Source: Escherichia coli
GTDB lineage: Bacteria; Pseudomonadota; Gammaproteobacteria; Enterobacterales; Enterobacteriaceae
DNA length: 64,000 bases
Strand: one strand, 5' to 3'
Assembly: GCF_003991155.1 (NCBI RefSeq)
Contig: NZ_CP031293.1
The notes beneath the pieces were generated by a model. It searched no databases. It had not been told where the DNA came from and worked only from the letters and a program-made list of their open reading frames with translations. Positions 1 to 11,778 of this stretch are shown piece after piece. The position numbers and the translations under genes were made by a program. How positions within the stretch are numbered: position 1 is the stretch's first letter; each line of letters begins with the position of its first letter.

Positions 1-1864
1 TATCCGGCTCAACAATCGGGCGCGATTTTCCTCTGCCCTTCGCTTTGGTTTTGGCAATGTTCTGCCCCAGCGCCAGGATATCGACCACTTTCTTGTTCAA
101 GCCTTGCGGCGTAATGCCGTGTTCCTCGTTGTACTTCTGCTGTTTCTCGCGGCGACGTTCGGTTTCGCCAATCGCTTTCGCCATTGATGGGGTGATCTTA
201 TCGCCGTAGAGAATCGCTTTACCGTTAACGTTACGTGCCGCACGACCAATGGTCTGGATCAACGAACGTTCGGAACGCAGGAAGCCTTCTTTGTCAGCGT
301 CGAGGATCGCCACCAGCGACACTTCCGGCATATCCAGACCTTCGCGCAGTAAGTTGATCCCTACCAATACGTCGAACTCACCCAGACGCAAGTCGCGGAT
401 AATCTCCATACGTTCGACGGTGTCGATATCTGAGTGAAGATAACGCACGCGCTCACCGTGTTCTTCGAGATATTCAGTGAGATCTTCCGCCATCCGCTTG
501 GTCAGAGTTGTAACCAGTACGCGTTCGTTAATTGCCGCTCGCTGACGAATCTCCGATAGAAGATCATCCACCTGTGTCGCTACCGGACGCACTTCAATAA
601 TCGGGTCAAGTAAGCCTGTTGGACGCACCACCTGATCCACCACATCGCCGCCGGATTTTTCCAGCTCGTAATTACCCGGCGTCGCCGAAACATAGATGGT
701 TTGCGGCGCTAATGCTTCGAACTCTTCAAACTTAAGCGGACGGTTATCCAGCGCTGATGGCAGGCGGAAGCCATACTCCACCAGTGTCTCTTTACGCGCC
801 CGGTCACCGCGATACATGCCGCCAATTTGTGGAATGGTGACGTGAGATTCATCGACGACCAACAGCCCATCGGCAGGCAGGTAATCAAACAGCGTCGGCG
901 GTGGCTCACCTGGTCCACGGCCGGAGAGGAAGCGTGAGTAGTTTTCAATGCCCGAGCAATACCCCAGTTCGTTCATCATCTCCAGATCAAACTGGGTACG
1001 CTGGGTCAGCCGCTGCTCTTCAAGCAACTTGTTGTTCTCCAACAGCACTTTGCGTCTGGCGGCCAGTTCTTCTTTGATCTCTTCCATCGCCTGTACGATG
1101 CGCTCGCGCGGCGTGACGTAGTGCGTTTTCGGGTAGATGGTAAAACGTGGAATAGTGGAAACAATCTGCCCGGTCAGCGGGTCAAATAACGACAATCGTT
1201 CCACTTCCTCGTCAAACAGTTCCACGCGAAGTGCAATGTCATCCGATTCTGCCGGGAAGATATCTATCACCTCACCACGAACGCGGAAAGTACCGCGCTG
1301 GAATGCCTGATCATTACGAGCGTATTGCAGCTCCGCCAGTCGGCGCAGAATCGCGCGCTGATCGATAATCATACCGACCGTGAGATGGAGCATCATCTTG
1401 AGATATAAATCAGGATCGCCCAGACCATAAATCGCGGAAACCGATGCCACCACAACCACATCACGCCGCTCCAGCATCGCTTTGGTGGCGGACAAACGCA
1501 TCTGCTCGATATGTTCGTTTACCGAGGCATCTTTCTCAATGAAGGTGTCGGAACTCGGTACATAGGCTTCCGGCTGATAGTAGTCGTAGTAGGAGACGAA
1601 ATATTCCACCGCGTTTTCCGGGAAGAATTCTTTCATTTCGCCATACAACTGGGCCGCCAGCGTTTTGTTGGGCGCAAGTACCATGGTAGGGCGCTGAAGG
1701 TCAGCAATGACATTGGCAATGGTGAAGGTTTTCCCGGAGCCAGTCACTCCAAGTAACGTCTGGTGCGCCAGGCCATCTTCCAGCCCCTCTTCGAGACGTC
1801 GAATCGCCTCTGGCTGATCGCCAGAAGGTTTAAAAGCGGAATTCAGTTTGAACGGTTTACTCAT
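1..1864 (-). CDS. uvrB: UvrB excinuclease ABC subunit B; the N-terminal ~620 codons are present and the C-terminal end runs off the left edge
   Basis: Absent from the ORF track because it is open at the edge. Reverse complement from CAT 1862-1864 reads [48 protein letters not shown]... and stays open to position 1 (...KSRPIVEPD). Confidence 0.96.
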
Positions 1865-1940
1865 GAGTCGCTACCTGAAGGAGTTGGGCGGGCAGGTATG
1901 TAATTTTACTCGTCGTACTTAATTATGCCAACAAATTACA

Positions 1941-1956
1941 CTGGATAAAAAAACAG
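1941..1956 (-). promoter_or_regulatory. LexA (SOS) box of the uvrB promoter
   Basis: CTGGATAAAAAAACAG is CTG-N10-CAG; its reverse complement CTGTTTTTTTATCCAG matches the uvrB SOS box as I recall it. It lies ~80 bp upstream of the uvrB ATG. Confidence 0.85.
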
Positions 1957-2260
1957 TTTCTCACCATAATATTTCTGTTACAGCGTAAACTCAGCTGTCA
2001 ATCATGAGCAAAATTTACTCTGTGGCGAGATAAAACTCCGGCCTTACCGGGTTATCCCCAAAGCAACGGCTTTTTTAACATTTGTCAAGATGAGTGATGA
2101 CAGTTTTATGGCAAGAGATGCCTGTTCAGTGACTGCCATTGCAATTATCTAACCAGTTAAAAAATAAAAGATATTTCTTTGAGCCGTCTTTAACGCCAAT
2201 TCGCGTGCAAGCCGCGTATTCTCTCGCTTGCCTCGTGTTTTCTAACTCTAATACACATGG

Positions 2261-2283
2261 TTATCCACAGGAATAGTGGATAA
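2261..2283. promoter_or_regulatory. Inverted pair of DnaA boxes upstream of uvrB (P3 region)
   Basis: TTATCCACA (2261-2269, perfect DnaA-box consensus) faces GTGGATAA (2276-2283), separated by 6 nt. Confidence 0.6.
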
Positions 2284-2379
2284 CTGTCTGCAGCCCCTAT
2301 CCCCCGCCGCCTGGGCAATTCCCACATCCACCGCATGATGCGGAAGTAAAATTTTTTTCGTGATTATTTTAGAATTTAA

Positions 2380-2431
2380 TTGGTTAAATTGCAGTCAATC
2401 GAAGACGCGATCTCGCTCGCAATTTAACCAA
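2380..2431 (-). terminator. 13-bp perfect inverted repeat just downstream of bioD (possible bio operon terminator or structured 3' end)
   Basis: TTGGTTAAATTGC (2380-2392) and GCAATTTAACCAA (2419-2431) are exact reverse complements with a 26-nt loop. The repeat starts 12 nt past the bioD stop. No clean U-tract. Confidence 0.4.
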
Positions 2432-2442
2432 GTACAGGATGA

Positions 2443-3120
2443 CTACATTAAGGCAAGATTGATGTACTTTCCGGTTGCCGCATTTTCTGGATTTTCTGCA
2501 AGCCAGGGAATTTCGCCCACCAGCGGAGCGGGAATCATGCGGGTGAGCGTGGTCAAATATTCAGCGTGACGCTTGCCCGGTGGAGTGACATCGTTCGCTA
2601 CCCAACCCACCAGAGTGAGTCCGGCTTGCTGCACAGCCTGTGCAGTCAACATCGCGTGATTAATACAGCCGAGTTTCACACCAACTACCAGTATCACCGG
2701 CAGTTGTTCCTGTGTTACCCAATCCGCAAAAGTGAAAGTGTCAGAAAGCGGCGTAAACCAGCCGCCAGCACCTTCCACTAACACCCAGTCAGCCTGTTGT
2801 TCAAGCGCGCGTAATCCGGCGCTCATTACCAATGATTCTATCGGCCTGCCCTCTTGCGCGCTGATGATGTGCGGCGAAGTGGGTTCTGCGAAGGTGTAAG
2901 GATTTACCGTTGCGTAATCCAGCTGCAGGCTGCTGTTGCGCTGTAACGCCAGCGCGTCGCTATTACGTAAGCCTTCCGGGGTCTTTTCGCTGCCAGAGGC
3001 GACCGGTTTATAACCTGCCGTCCGGTGGCCTACTGCCTTTGCGGCTTGTAAAAGTGCACAACTGGCGACGGTTTTCCCCACTTCGGTATCCGTTCCGGTG
3101 ACAAAATAACGTTTACTCAC
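2443..3120 (-). CDS. bioD: Dethiobiotin synthetase, 225 aa
   Basis: ORF 2443..3126 trimmed to the GTG at 3118-3120, giving (M)[16 protein letters not shown] (P-loop) like K-12 BioD. The start overlaps the bioC stop. Confidence 0.95.
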   Translation of the reverse strand: MSKRYFVTGTDTEVGKTVASCALLQAAKAVGHRTAGYKPVASGSEKTPEGLRNSDALALQRNSSLQLDYATVNPYTFAEPTSPHIISAQEGRPIESLVMSAGLRALEQQADWVLVEGAGGWFTPLSDTFTFADWVTQEQLPVILVVGVKLGCINHAMLTAQAVQQAGLTLVGWVANDVTPPGKRHAEYLTTLTRMIPAPLVGEIPWLAENPENAATGKYINLALM

Positions 3121-3868
3121 GAGCAATCACTCCCAAAAAAAGATGATACGTCAGAGGATATCGCCCCTGTTGTTGCGGCCAGGCCAGTTGCAATCGCTGC
3201 AACTGCGAACGCGTTAATATTCGCGGGTCGCGCCCTTCATGAAGATGCGTGGCACCGATGCCTTTCAGCGAACGCATGGCACTGAGCGCATCATCAAACC
3301 ACAGCGTGATGGGCTGAATATGATGTTGATAATGCACGCCGTTCAGTGACTGTTCGATTTCATCTGGCGGTAAAAAGCGATTAGCATGCGGACGCTCGTC
3401 CACCGCCTGCCACGCCTGATGTAATTCAGGGAGCGATCCCTGCACCAGCGTGGTAAACGCGACCACGCCTCCGGGGCGCACCACCCTGTATAGCTCGCGG
3501 AGTGCCGTGGATAAATTACCGCACCACTGTACCGCGAGATTGCTCCATGCAAGATCGAAGGTTGCAGTCGCTAACGGCAGGGATTCGATATCTCCCGCCA
3601 GATAATGGTCTGCGGCATCCTTCTGGCGTGCCTGAACAAGCATTGGCGGAGAGAGATCTAACGCCGTCACCTGCGCGTGACGTTCCCGCCAGTGGCGGCT
3701 CATCCAGCCAGGTCCACAACCCGCATCCAGTACGTGGGTGTATTTACGCTGTGGGAGCATTGCCAGTAAGACGTCAGCACTCTGGCGCTGTAGATCCGCA
3801 TGTTGCTCATAGTGCGCGGCTGCCCGACCAAATGCCGCTGCAATGGCTTGTTTATTAACCGTTGTCAT
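3113..3868 (-). CDS. bioC: Malonyl-ACP O-methyltransferase, 251 aa
   Basis: ORF 3113..3907 trimmed to the ATG at 3866-3868 ([28 protein letters not shown]...). SAM motif LDAGCGPG present. Overlaps the bioF 3' end. Confidence 0.94.
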   Translation of the reverse strand: MTTVNKQAIAAAFGRAAAHYEQHADLQRQSADVLLAMLPQRKYTHVLDAGCGPGWMSRHWRERHAQVTALDLSPPMLVQARQKDAADHYLAGDIESLPLATATFDLAWSNLAVQWCGNLSTALRELYRVVRPGGVVAFTTLVQGSLPELHQAWQAVDERPHANRFLPPDEIEQSLNGVHYQHHIQPITLWFDDALSAMRSLKGIGATHLHEGRDPRILTRSQLQRLQLAWPQQQGRYPLTYHLFLGVIARE

Positions 3869-5009
3869 GCAGCACCTCCAGCAGACTATCGATATCCTGC
3901 ATTTCATGCGCTGCGGTTAGCGTTAAGCGCAGTCGCGCAGTACCAGCGGGTACGGTTGGCGGGCGAATCGCCGTGACCCAGCAACCTTGCTGGCGCAGTT
4001 TTTCTGCCAGTTGTAACGCACGGCTGTTATCACCGACGATCAATGGCTGGATGGCGCTCCATGAATCAGCAAGCGTAAACGGCAAATCCTGCACTCCGGC
4101 ACGAAAACGCGTAATGAGTGCCGCCAGTTTTTCGCGCCGTGCATCACCCTCATCACTGCGAATGACCGCCAGCGACGCACGTAATGCCTGCGCCTGAGCG
4201 GGCGGCATACTGGTGCTGTAGATAAGATGGCGGGCGAATTGCAGCAGATAATCCGCCACCGTATTGGAGCAAAGCACCGCTGCTCCGCTGATGCCAAATC
4301 CTTTGCCAAAAGTCACCACCAGCAATTCTGGTTTTACCTTTTGCAGCCAGCAGCTGCCACGCCCCTGCTCCCCGATAACGCCCGTGCCGTGGGCGTCATC
4401 GACCATCAACCAGCCATCGTGCTGTTGCGTTACCTGCTGGATTTCCTCCAGTGGCGCACTATCGCCGTCCATGCTGAACACGCCTTCTGTCACTACCAGT
4501 TGCTGCCCCGGACAGGGGGAAGCAAGCAGTCGCGCCAGATGAGTGACATCGTTATGAGCAAAACGGCGAAGCGGCGACGGGCTTAAACTTGCAGCCTCCA
4601 GCAATGAGGCATGGCTAAGCCGGTCGGCAACAATACGGTCCTCTTTCGCCATCATCGCGGCAATGACGGCCTGATTTGCGGCAAAACCAGAGATAAACAG
4701 CAGTGCCCGCGAATAGCCCAGCCACTCGGCCAGTTCTTCTTCCAGCGCCTGATGCGCCACGCTATAACCGCTGACGTGACCGGAGCCGCCGCTACCGACG
4801 CCAAATTGCTCCGCACTCTGCTTCCAGGCACGGATAATTTGCGGATGATGGCTTAAACCTAAATAATCGTTACTGGAAAAGTTCAGATACTGGCGATCGT
4901 CCGCCACCAGCCAGCGTCCGGCTCCTTGCGCCACTGGATAACGGCGACGCAGGGCATCGGCAGCACGCCGCGCATCGAGCGCCGCGTTGATTTTCTCCTG
5001 CCAGCTCAT
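3855..5009 (-). CDS. bioF: 8-amino-7-oxononanoate synthase, 384 aa
   Basis: [52 protein letters not shown]... is full-length and near-identical to K-12 BioF. Confidence 0.97.
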   Translation of the reverse strand: MSWQEKINAALDARRAADALRRRYPVAQGAGRWLVADDRQYLNFSSNDYLGLSHHPQIIRAWKQSAEQFGVGSGGSGHVSGYSVAHQALEEELAEWLGYSRALLFISGFAANQAVIAAMMAKEDRIVADRLSHASLLEAASLSPSPLRRFAHNDVTHLARLLASPCPGQQLVVTEGVFSMDGDSAPLEEIQQVTQQHDGWLMVDDAHGTGVIGEQGRGSCWLQKVKPELLVVTFGKGFGISGAAVLCSNTVADYLLQFARHLIYSTSMPPAQAQALRASLAVIRSDEGDARREKLAALITRFRAGVQDLPFTLADSWSAIQPLIVGDNSRALQLAEKLRQQGCWVTAIRPPTVPAGTARLRLTLTAAHEMQDIDSLLEVLHDNG

Positions 5010-6046
5010 AGTGCTGCCGCGTTGTAATATTCGTCAGTGTCCGGGGTCATCAGCGCCTGCTCCAGACGCTGCTGTTGTTCGTTATCGCCCGCCAGCACGG
5101 CAGTTTGCTGCGGATTTAGCCCCAGTTTGCGGAACAGTTGCAGGTCTTTATCTTCTTCCGGATTCGGCGTGGTCAGCAGTTTGCAACCGTAGAAAATCGA
5201 GTTTGCGCCAGCCATAAAGCACATCGCCTGAGTCTGTTCGTTCATCTGCTCGCGTCCGGCAGAAAGGCGTACGTAAGAGGTCGGCATCATGATCCGCGCA
5301 ACTGCAATGGTGCGAATAAAATCAAAGGCATCGACATCATCGTTATCCGCCAGCGGCGTGCCTTTCACCTTCACCAGCATGTTGATTGGTACGCTTTCCG
5401 GCGGTGTTGGCAGGTTTGCCAGTTGCAGCAATAATCCGGCGCGATCTTTTACTGTTTCGCCTAAGCCCACAATGCCGCCTGAACAGACTTTGATCCCGGC
5501 GTCGCGCACTTTTTCCAGCGTATCGAGGCGTTCCTGATAGGTACGCGTGGTGATGATATTGCCGTAAAACTCCGGCGAGGTGTCGAGGTTGTGGTTGTAG
5601 TAATCCAGCCCGGCATTCGCCAGGCGCTGCGCCTGAGATTCACTCAACGTGCCCAGCGTCATACACGCCTCCAGCCCCATCGCTTTTACCCCCTGCACCA
5701 TTTGTTCCAGGTACGGCATATCGCGTTCGTGGGGATTCTTCCACGCCGCGCCCATGCAGAAGCGCGTCGATCCTGCCGCTTTCGCTTTGCGCGCCGACTC
5801 CAGCACCTGTTCAACTTCCATCAACCGCTCGGCTTCCAGCCCGGTTTTGTAGCGCGAGCTTTGCGGGCAATATTTGCAATCTTCCGGACAAGCTCCGGTC
5901 TTAATCGACAGCAAAGTGCTGACCTGCACCTGACGAGGATCGAAATGCTGACGATGCACCTGCTGCGCTTCAAACAGCAGATCCAGCAACGGTTTTTCAA
6001 ATAATTCTGTGACTTGCGACAATGTCCAGCGTGGGCGGTGAGCCAT
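5006..6046 (-). CDS. bioB: Biotin synthase (radical SAM), 346 aa
   Basis: [35 protein letters not shown]... with the CPEDCKYC radical-SAM cluster motif. 4-nt overlap with bioF. Confidence 0.97.
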   Translation of the reverse strand: MAHRPRWTLSQVTELFEKPLLDLLFEAQQVHRQHFDPRQVQVSTLLSIKTGACPEDCKYCPQSSRYKTGLEAERLMEVEQVLESARKAKAAGSTRFCMGAAWKNPHERDMPYLEQMVQGVKAMGLEACMTLGTLSESQAQRLANAGLDYYNHNLDTSPEFYGNIITTRTYQERLDTLEKVRDAGIKVCSGGIVGLGETVKDRAGLLLQLANLPTPPESVPINMLVKVKGTPLADNDDVDAFDFIRTIAVARIMMPTSYVRLSAGREQMNEQTQAMCFMAGANSIFYGCKLLTTPNPEEDKDLQLFRKLGLNPQQTAVLAGDNEQQQRLEQALMTPDTDEYYNAAAL

Positions 6047-6090
6047 GGGGCTTCTCCAAAACGTGTTTTTTGTTGTTAATTCGGTGTAGA

Positions 6091-6126
6091 CTCGTAAACC
6101 TAAATCTTTTCAATTTGGTTTACAAG
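6091..6126. promoter_or_regulatory. bio operator (BirA-biotinyl-AMP site) within the divergent bioA/bioBFCD promoters
   Basis: CTCGTAAACC-N16-GGTTTACAAG lies between the bioB (6046) and bioA (6133) starts. The arms are reverse complements except position 6093 (C where T would pair). Confidence 0.85.
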
Positions 6127-6132
6127 TCGATT

Positions 6133-7422
6133 ATGACAACGGACGATCTTGCCTTTGACCAACGCCATATCTGGCACCCATACACATCCATGACCTCCCC
6201 GCTACCGGTTTATCCGGTGGCGAGCGCCGAAGGTTGCGAGCTAATTTTGTCTGACGGCAGACGCCTGGTTGACGGTATGTCGTCCTGGTGGGCGGCGATC
6301 CACGGCTACAATCACCCGCTGCTTAATGCGGCGATGAAGACGCAAATTGATGCCATGTCGCATGTGATGTTTGGTGGTATCACCCATGCGCCCGCTGTCG
6401 AGCTGTGCCGCAAATTGGTGGCAATGACGCCGCAACCGCTGGAGTGCGTTTTTCTCGCGGACTCCGGCTCCGTAGCGGTAGAAGTGGCGATGAAAATGGC
6501 GTTGCAGTACTGGCAGGCCAAAGGCGAAGCGCGCCAGCGTTTTCTGACCTTCCGCAATGGTTATCATGGCGATACCTTTGGCGCGATGTCGGTGTGCGAT
6601 CCGGACAACTCAATGCACAGCCTGTGGAAAGGCTATCTGCCAGAAAACTTGTTTGCTCCCGCCCCGCAAAGCCGCCTGGATGGTGAATGGGATGAACGCG
6701 ATATGGTGGGCTTTGCCCGCCTGATGGCGGCGCATCGTCATGAAATCGCCGCAGTGATCATTGAACCGATTGTCCAGGGCGCAGGCGGGATGCGCATCTA
6801 CCATCCGGAATGGTTAAAACGAATCCGCAAAATGTGCGATCGCGAAGGTATCTTGCTGATTGCCGACGAGATCGCCACCGGATTTGGTCGTACCGGCAAA
6901 CTGTTTGCCTGTGAACATGCAGAAATTGCGCCGGATATTTTGTGTCTCGGTAAAGCCTTAACCGGCGGCACAATGACCCTTTCCGCCACGCTCACCACGC
7001 GCGAGGTTGCGGAAACCATCAGTAACGGCGAAGCCGGCTGCTTTATGCATGGGCCAACTTTTATGGGCAATCCGCTGGCCTGCGCAGCAGCAAACGCCAG
7101 CCTGGCGATTCTCGAATCTGGCGACTGGCAGCATCAGGTGGCGGCTATTGAAGGGCAGCTACGCGAGCAACTTGCCCCCGCCTGTGACGCCGAAATGGTT
7201 GCCGATGTGCGCGTACTGGGGGCAATCGGCGTGGTCGAAACCACTCGTCCGGTGAATATGGCAGCGCTGCAAAAATTCTTTGTCGAACAGGGTGTCTGGA
7301 TCCGGCCTTTTGGCAAACTGATTTACCTGATGCCGCCCTATATTATTCTCCCGCAACAGTTGCAGCGTCTGACCGCAGCGGTTAATCGTGCGGTGCAGGA
7401 TGAAACATTTTTTTGCCAATAA
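6133..7422 (+). CDS. bioA: Adenosylmethionine-8-amino-7-oxononanoate aminotransferase, 429 aa
   Basis: ORF 6022..7422 trimmed to the ATG at 6133 ([29 protein letters not shown]...), the K-12 BioA N-terminus. The upstream extension would cover the operator. Confidence 0.96.
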   Translation: MTTDDLAFDQRHIWHPYTSMTSPLPVYPVASAEGCELILSDGRRLVDGMSSWWAAIHGYNHPLLNAAMKTQIDAMSHVMFGGITHAPAVELCRKLVAMTPQPLECVFLADSGSVAVEVAMKMALQYWQAKGEARQRFLTFRNGYHGDTFGAMSVCDPDNSMHSLWKGYLPENLFAPAPQSRLDGEWDERDMVGFARLMAAHRHEIAAVIIEPIVQGAGGMRIYHPEWLKRIRKMCDREGILLIADEIATGFGRTGKLFACEHAEIAPDILCLGKALTGGTMTLSATLTTREVAETISNGEAGCFMHGPTFMGNPLACAAANASLAILESGDWQHQVAAIEGQLREQLAPACDAEMVADVRVLGAIGVVETTRPVNMAALQKFFVEQGVWIRPFGKLIYLMPPYIILPQQLQRLTAAVNRAVQDETFFCQ

Positions 7423-7480
7423 CGGGAAGTCAGCGTGAGGGTTTCTGGCTACACTTTCTGCAAACAATAAAGGAGGGTTC

Positions 7481-7957
7481 ATGAAACTCATCAGTAACGA
7501 TCTGCGCGATGGCGATAAGTTGCCACATCGTCATGTCTTTAACGGCATGGGTTACGATGGCGATAATATTTCACCGCATCTGGCGTGGGATGATGTTCCT
7601 GCAGGAACGAAAAGTTTTGTCGTCACCTGCTACGACCCGGATGCGCCAACCGGCTCCGGCTGGTGGCACTGGGTAGTTGTTAATTTACCCGCTGATACCC
7701 GCGTATTACCGCAAGGGTTTGGCTCTGGTCTGGTAGCAATGCCAGATGGCGTTTTGCAGACGCGTACCGACTTTGGTAAAACCGGGTACGATGGTGCAGC
7801 GCCGCCGAAAGGCGAAACCCATCGCTACATTTTTACCGTTCACGCGCTGGATGTAGAACGTATTGATGTCGATGAAGGTGCCAGCGGCGCGATGGTCGGG
7901 TTTAACGTTCATTTCCACTCTCTGGCAAGCGCCTCGATTACTGCGATGTTTAGTTAA
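7481..7957 (+). CDS. ybhB: PEBP/RKIP-family protein YbhB, 158 aa
   Basis: MKLISNDLRDGDKLPHRHVFNGMGYDGDNISPHLAWDDVP... with the PEBP motif DPDAP...GWWHW. AGGAGG Shine-Dalgarno upstream. Confidence 0.94.
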   Translation: MKLISNDLRDGDKLPHRHVFNGMGYDGDNISPHLAWDDVPAGTKSFVVTCYDPDAPTGSGWWHWVVVNLPADTRVLPQGFGSGLVAMPDGVLQTRTDFGKTGYDGAAPPKGETHRYIFTVHALDVERIDVDEGASGAMVGFNVHFHSLASASITAMFS

Positions 7958-7965
7958 TCACTCTG

Positions 7966-7988
7966 CCAGATGGCGCAATACCATCTGG
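7966..7988 (+). terminator. Hairpin downstream of ybhB
   Basis: CCAGATGG (7966-7973), 7-nt loop, CCATCTGG (7981-7988). 8-bp stem with a weak T-rich tail. Confidence 0.35.
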
Positions 7989-8108
7989 TATCACTTAAAG
8001 GTATTAAAAACAACTTTTTGTCTTTTTACCTTCCCGTTTCGCTAAAGTTAGTATAAAAAAGCAGGCTTCAACGGATTCATTTTTCTATTTCATAGCCCGG
8101 AGCAACCT

Positions 8109-9392
8109 GTGAACACATTTTCAGTTTCCCGTCTGGCGCTGGCATTGGCTTTTGGCGTGACGCTGACCGCCTGTAGCTCAACACCGCCCGATCAACGTCC
8201 TTCTGATCAAACCGCGCCTGGTACCTCTTCTCGCCCGATTCTGTCGGCAAAAGAAGCGCAGAATTTCGATGCTCAACACTATTTTGCATCCCTGACACCA
8301 GGTGCTGCAGCGTGGAATCCTTCCCCGATTACCCTGCCTGCACAACCTGACTTTGTTGTCGGCCCGGCGGGTACTCAAGGTGTAACGCATACCACGATTC
8401 AGGCGGCGGTAGATGCGGCAATTATCAAGCGTACCAACAAGCGCCAGTATATTGCCGTGATGCCTGGTGAGTATCAGGGAACGGTGTATGTCCCTGCCGC
8501 TCCGGGTGGAATTACTCTGTACGGTACAGGTGAAAAACCGATTGATGTGAAAATTGGGCTTTCCCTTGATGGGGGCATGAGCCCAGCCGACTGGCGTCAC
8601 GACGTCAACCCACGCGGCAAATATATGCCGGGTAAACCAGCGTGGTATATGTACGATAGCTGCCAGAGCAAACGCAGCGACAGCATTGGCGTGCTCTGTT
8701 CTGCGGTCTTCTGGTCACAAAACAATGGCCTGCAACTGCAAAACCTGACCATCGAAAACACACTGGGCGATAGCGTAGATGCGGGTAACCATCCGGCGGT
8801 GGCACTGCGTACTGATGGCGACAAAGTGCAGATCAATAACGTCAATATTCTCGGTCGCCAGAATACCTTCTTTGTCACCAACAGCGGTGTGCAAAACCGT
8901 CTGGAAAGCAACCGTCAGCCGCGTACCCTGGTGACTAACAGCTACATTGAAGGGGATGTGGATATCGTTTCTGGTCGCGGCGCAGTGGTGTTCGATAATA
9001 CCGAATTCCGCGTGGTGAACTCACGTACTCAGCAAGAAGCGTATGTGTTTGCACCGGCTACGCTGTCTAACATCTATTACGGTTTCCTCGCCGTAAACAG
9101 CCGTTTCAATGCTTCCGGTGATGGCGTGGCGCAACTGGGTCGCTCGCTGGATGTTGATGCCAATACCAACGGTCAGGTGGTGATCCGTGATAGCGCCATC
9201 AACGAAGGTTTTAACACGGCGAAACCGTGGGCCGATGCGGTGATTTCCAATCGTCCATTCGCAGGTAACACCGGCAGCGTTGACGATAGCGACGAAATAC
9301 AACGCAATCTGAATGACACTAACTACAACCGCATGTGGGAATACAATAACCGCGGCGTGGGTAGTAAAGTGGTTGCAGAGGCGAAGAAGTAA
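8109..9392 (+). CDS. ybhC: Outer-membrane lipoprotein YbhC, pectinesterase-fold family, 427 aa
   Basis: GTG start. MNTFSVSRLALALAFGVTLTAC carries a lipobox (LTAC). Length and sequence match K-12 YbhC. Confidence 0.93.
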   Translation: MNTFSVSRLALALAFGVTLTACSSTPPDQRPSDQTAPGTSSRPILSAKEAQNFDAQHYFASLTPGAAAWNPSPITLPAQPDFVVGPAGTQGVTHTTIQAAVDAAIIKRTNKRQYIAVMPGEYQGTVYVPAAPGGITLYGTGEKPIDVKIGLSLDGGMSPADWRHDVNPRGKYMPGKPAWYMYDSCQSKRSDSIGVLCSAVFWSQNNGLQLQNLTIENTLGDSVDAGNHPAVALRTDGDKVQINNVNILGRQNTFFVTNSGVQNRLESNRQPRTLVTNSYIEGDVDIVSGRGAVVFDNTEFRVVNSRTQQEAYVFAPATLSNIYYGFLAVNSRFNASGDGVAQLGRSLDVDANTNGQVVIRDSAINEGFNTAKPWADAVISNRPFAGNTGSVDDSDEIQRNLNDTNYNRMWEYNNRGVGSKVVAEAKK

Positions 9393-9400
9393 AAAAAGAA

Positions 9401-9426
9401 AACCCGATAGTCTGAACCATCGGGTT
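9401..9426 (-). terminator. Rho-independent terminator serving ybhJ (minus strand)
   Basis: AACCCGAT...ATCGGGTT stem. On the minus strand it is followed by TTTTCTTTTTTT. Confidence 0.6.
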
Positions 9427-9436
9427 AATGAAACTG

Positions 9437-9464
9437 GGCGCTATATTTCATAGCGCCTTTTTTT
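9437..9464 (+). terminator. Rho-independent terminator serving ybhC
   Basis: GGCGCTA-TATTTCA-TAGCGCC followed by TTTTTTT (9458-9464). Confidence 0.7.
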
Positions 9465-11724
9465 ACATCTGACGGTTTTTATTGAAGTTAATCAAACTAC
9501 CCGCCTTGATAATCTCGCGCTCTTCGGCCGTCAGGCTTTCCATGTAAAGCGTAATTTCCGTTACCGGCGCATCTTCATGGATCACATAACCTTTAAACGT
9601 CGTACCCGGATTATCCAGCGCTGCTTTAATGCCAGGGATGTAAATGTAATCACCTACGTCAAAGTTCGGTGCTTCCGCCATTTGCAGCGGTAACATCCCC
9701 CAGTTGATGACGTTAGAACGGTAGCGTTTAGTCGCGTACTCCTCGGCAATATTCGCCAGACCGCCAATCACACGCTGACAGCTCGCCGCCTGCTCACGCG
9801 CAGAACCATCGCCTGGTTTCACCGCATAGACCATACTGCCAATTTCAGTTTGCAGCGGATCAATATGCTCCTGACCAGCAATCTGCTTAATGCGCGCAAA
9901 CACCTCTGTCAGCTCGCTGACATTTCCCGCCAGACGCTGATTTTCCAGCTCAGCAGTCGCTTTACTTCTACCAACATAACCTGGATCGCGGCGTGACAGG
10001 GTAAACTCCGCCAGACCAATCGGATTTGAACGATAAGAAGAGGTTTCACCGGAAGGAATCAGTTCGTCGGTGGTGGTCACTTCGTCGAGAATCTTCGAGC
10101 ACACTTTGAGGACGATATTGTCAGTCAGCGCACCCAATTCCGGCCAGTCTTTAATGTTCGGTCCGTAAATCAGCGGTTGCTGGGTCGCCCCTTTCACAAA
10201 GCCCTGATAAACACGGTTTTTATACGGCGTTACATCGAAGGCGTACTCCGGCACGTTGTCCCAGCAATCGAGTTCGCTGGCAGAGGTTAAATAGCCACCG
10301 TTTGCCGCAGTCGCAGCGATAGAACGAGCGTCCATCAACGCCACCGCTGACATCTGCCCATTGGCTGGCTTAGAGCCTTCGCGATTCGGGAAGTTTCGCG
10401 TGGTGTGGCGAATACTCAAACCGTTGTTGATTGGCGTATCGCCCGCGCCAAAGCATGGGCCGCAGAACGCGGTTCTGATGATTGCGCCTGCGCCAATCAA
10501 ATCTGCTACCACACCTTTTTTGGCGAGATCCATAAACACCGGCTGTGATGACGGGTAAACCGCTAACGAGAAGGTGTCATTGCCACAGGATTGACCGCGC
10601 AGTGCATTCGCCGCCGCGATGACGTTTTCGTAGTTACCGCCAGAACAGCCCGCGATAATCCCCTGCTGCACTTTCAGGCGACCGTTTTCGACTTTATCCA
10701 GCAGCGAGAGTTTGGCTTTACCGTGTGCCACGCGCTCGGACTCAATTTCAATCTCACGCAGAATGTCGGTCAGGTTCTGGTTCAGCGTGTCGATTTCATA
10801 CACGTTGCTCGGGTGAAACGGCAGCGCAATCATTGGTTTGATGGCGCTTAAATCAACGCTGATGCAGCCATCGTAGTACGCCATCGGTTGAGGGTTAAGC
10901 TGGCAGTAATCCTGGCCGCGACCGTGCAGCGCCAGCCAGTTATGGACTTCTTCATCGGTTTGCCAGACAGAACTTAAACAGGTCGTTTCAGTGGTCATCA
11001 CGTCAACGCTGTTGCGGAAATCGGTAGAGAGCGCTGCAACACCGGGACCTACGAACTCCATCACTTTGTTTTTGACGTAACCGTTTTTGAACACGGCACC
11101 GATGATAGCCAGCGCCACATCCTGCGGCCCCACATACGGCGCAGGTTTTCCGGTCAGATGCACCGCAACCACGCCCGGATAGTCGATATCCCAGGTGTCA
11201 TTAAGCAGTTGTTTTACCAACTCGCCGCCGCCCTCGCCAACCGCCATTGTCCCTAACGCACCGTAACGGGTATGGCTGTCTGACCCGAGGATCATTTTGC
11301 CGCCGCCTGCCATCATCTCACGCATATATTGATGGATGACCGCAATGTGCGGAGGCACAAAAATACCGCCATAACGCTGGGCTGCCGATAAACCAAAAAC
11401 ATGATCATCACCGTTAATAGTGCCGCCGACGGCGCAGAGTGAGTTATGGCAGTTGGTCAGCACATACGGCAGCGGGAAACGTTCCATACCGGACGCTTTA
11501 GCGGTCTGTACAATACCAACAAAGGTAATATCGTGAGAGGCTAATGAATCAAACTTAATTTTAAGCTTATCCATATTTCCGGACGTATTATGAGAAGAGA
11601 GAATAGACCAGGCAATAGTGCCTTTTTTGGCTTCTTCTTTTTTAATTTCGCCGGTGAAATGTTCTTCGGCAATTATTTCGTTATTACTGGCGAGAAACAC
11701 GCCTTTTTCAGATAACTTGATCAT
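9463..11724 (-). CDS. ybhJ: Aconitase-family (Fe-S hydro-lyase) protein YbhJ, 753 aa, substrate unknown
   Basis: ORF 9463..11748 trimmed to the ATG at 11722-11724 ([23 protein letters not shown]...). Aconitase-like motifs GSDSHT and FCGPCFG present. Confidence 0.92.
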   Translation of the reverse strand: MIKLSEKGVFLASNNEIIAEEHFTGEIKKEEAKKGTIAWSILSSHNTSGNMDKLKIKFDSLASHDITFVGIVQTAKASGMERFPLPYVLTNCHNSLCAVGGTINGDDHVFGLSAAQRYGGIFVPPHIAVIHQYMREMMAGGGKMILGSDSHTRYGALGTMAVGEGGGELVKQLLNDTWDIDYPGVVAVHLTGKPAPYVGPQDVALAIIGAVFKNGYVKNKVMEFVGPGVAALSTDFRNSVDVMTTETTCLSSVWQTDEEVHNWLALHGRGQDYCQLNPQPMAYYDGCISVDLSAIKPMIALPFHPSNVYEIDTLNQNLTDILREIEIESERVAHGKAKLSLLDKVENGRLKVQQGIIAGCSGGNYENVIAAANALRGQSCGNDTFSLAVYPSSQPVFMDLAKKGVVADLIGAGAIIRTAFCGPCFGAGDTPINNGLSIRHTTRNFPNREGSKPANGQMSAVALMDARSIAATAANGGYLTSASELDCWDNVPEYAFDVTPYKNRVYQGFVKGATQQPLIYGPNIKDWPELGALTDNIVLKVCSKILDEVTTTDELIPSGETSSYRSNPIGLAEFTLSRRDPGYVGRSKATAELENQRLAGNVSELTEVFARIKQIAGQEHIDPLQTEIGSMVYAVKPGDGSAREQAASCQRVIGGLANIAEEYATKRYRSNVINWGMLPLQMAEAPNFDVGDYIYIPGIKAALDNPGTTFKGYVIHEDAPVTEITLYMESLTAEEREIIKAGSLINFNKNRQM

Positions 11725-11778
11725 CAAATGCTCCAGATATCTGCGCACCGTGAAGTGCGCAGAAAGATAATAAATGGA

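Noticed and set aside
2373-2396. About 22 of 24 nt similarity between AATTTAATTGGTTAAATTGCAGT (downstream of bioD) and AATTTAAGTTGGTTAAATGCAGT (14572-14594, ybhH/ybhD control region)
   Set aside because: The match is short, AT-rich and needs two indels. There is no third copy and no obvious shared regulator, so it is most likely coincidence.
6022-6132. N-terminal extensions offered by the ORF track for bioA. The same issue applies to bioC, bioD, ybhJ, ybhD, ybhA, modF, galE, gpmA, pal, glmS, the DAACS transporter, hutG, hutI and the NCS1 permease.
   Set aside because: In each case a downstream start has a Shine-Dalgarno sequence, reproduces the known N-terminus or creates a coupled start/stop junction. 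The extensions would run through operators or upstream genes.
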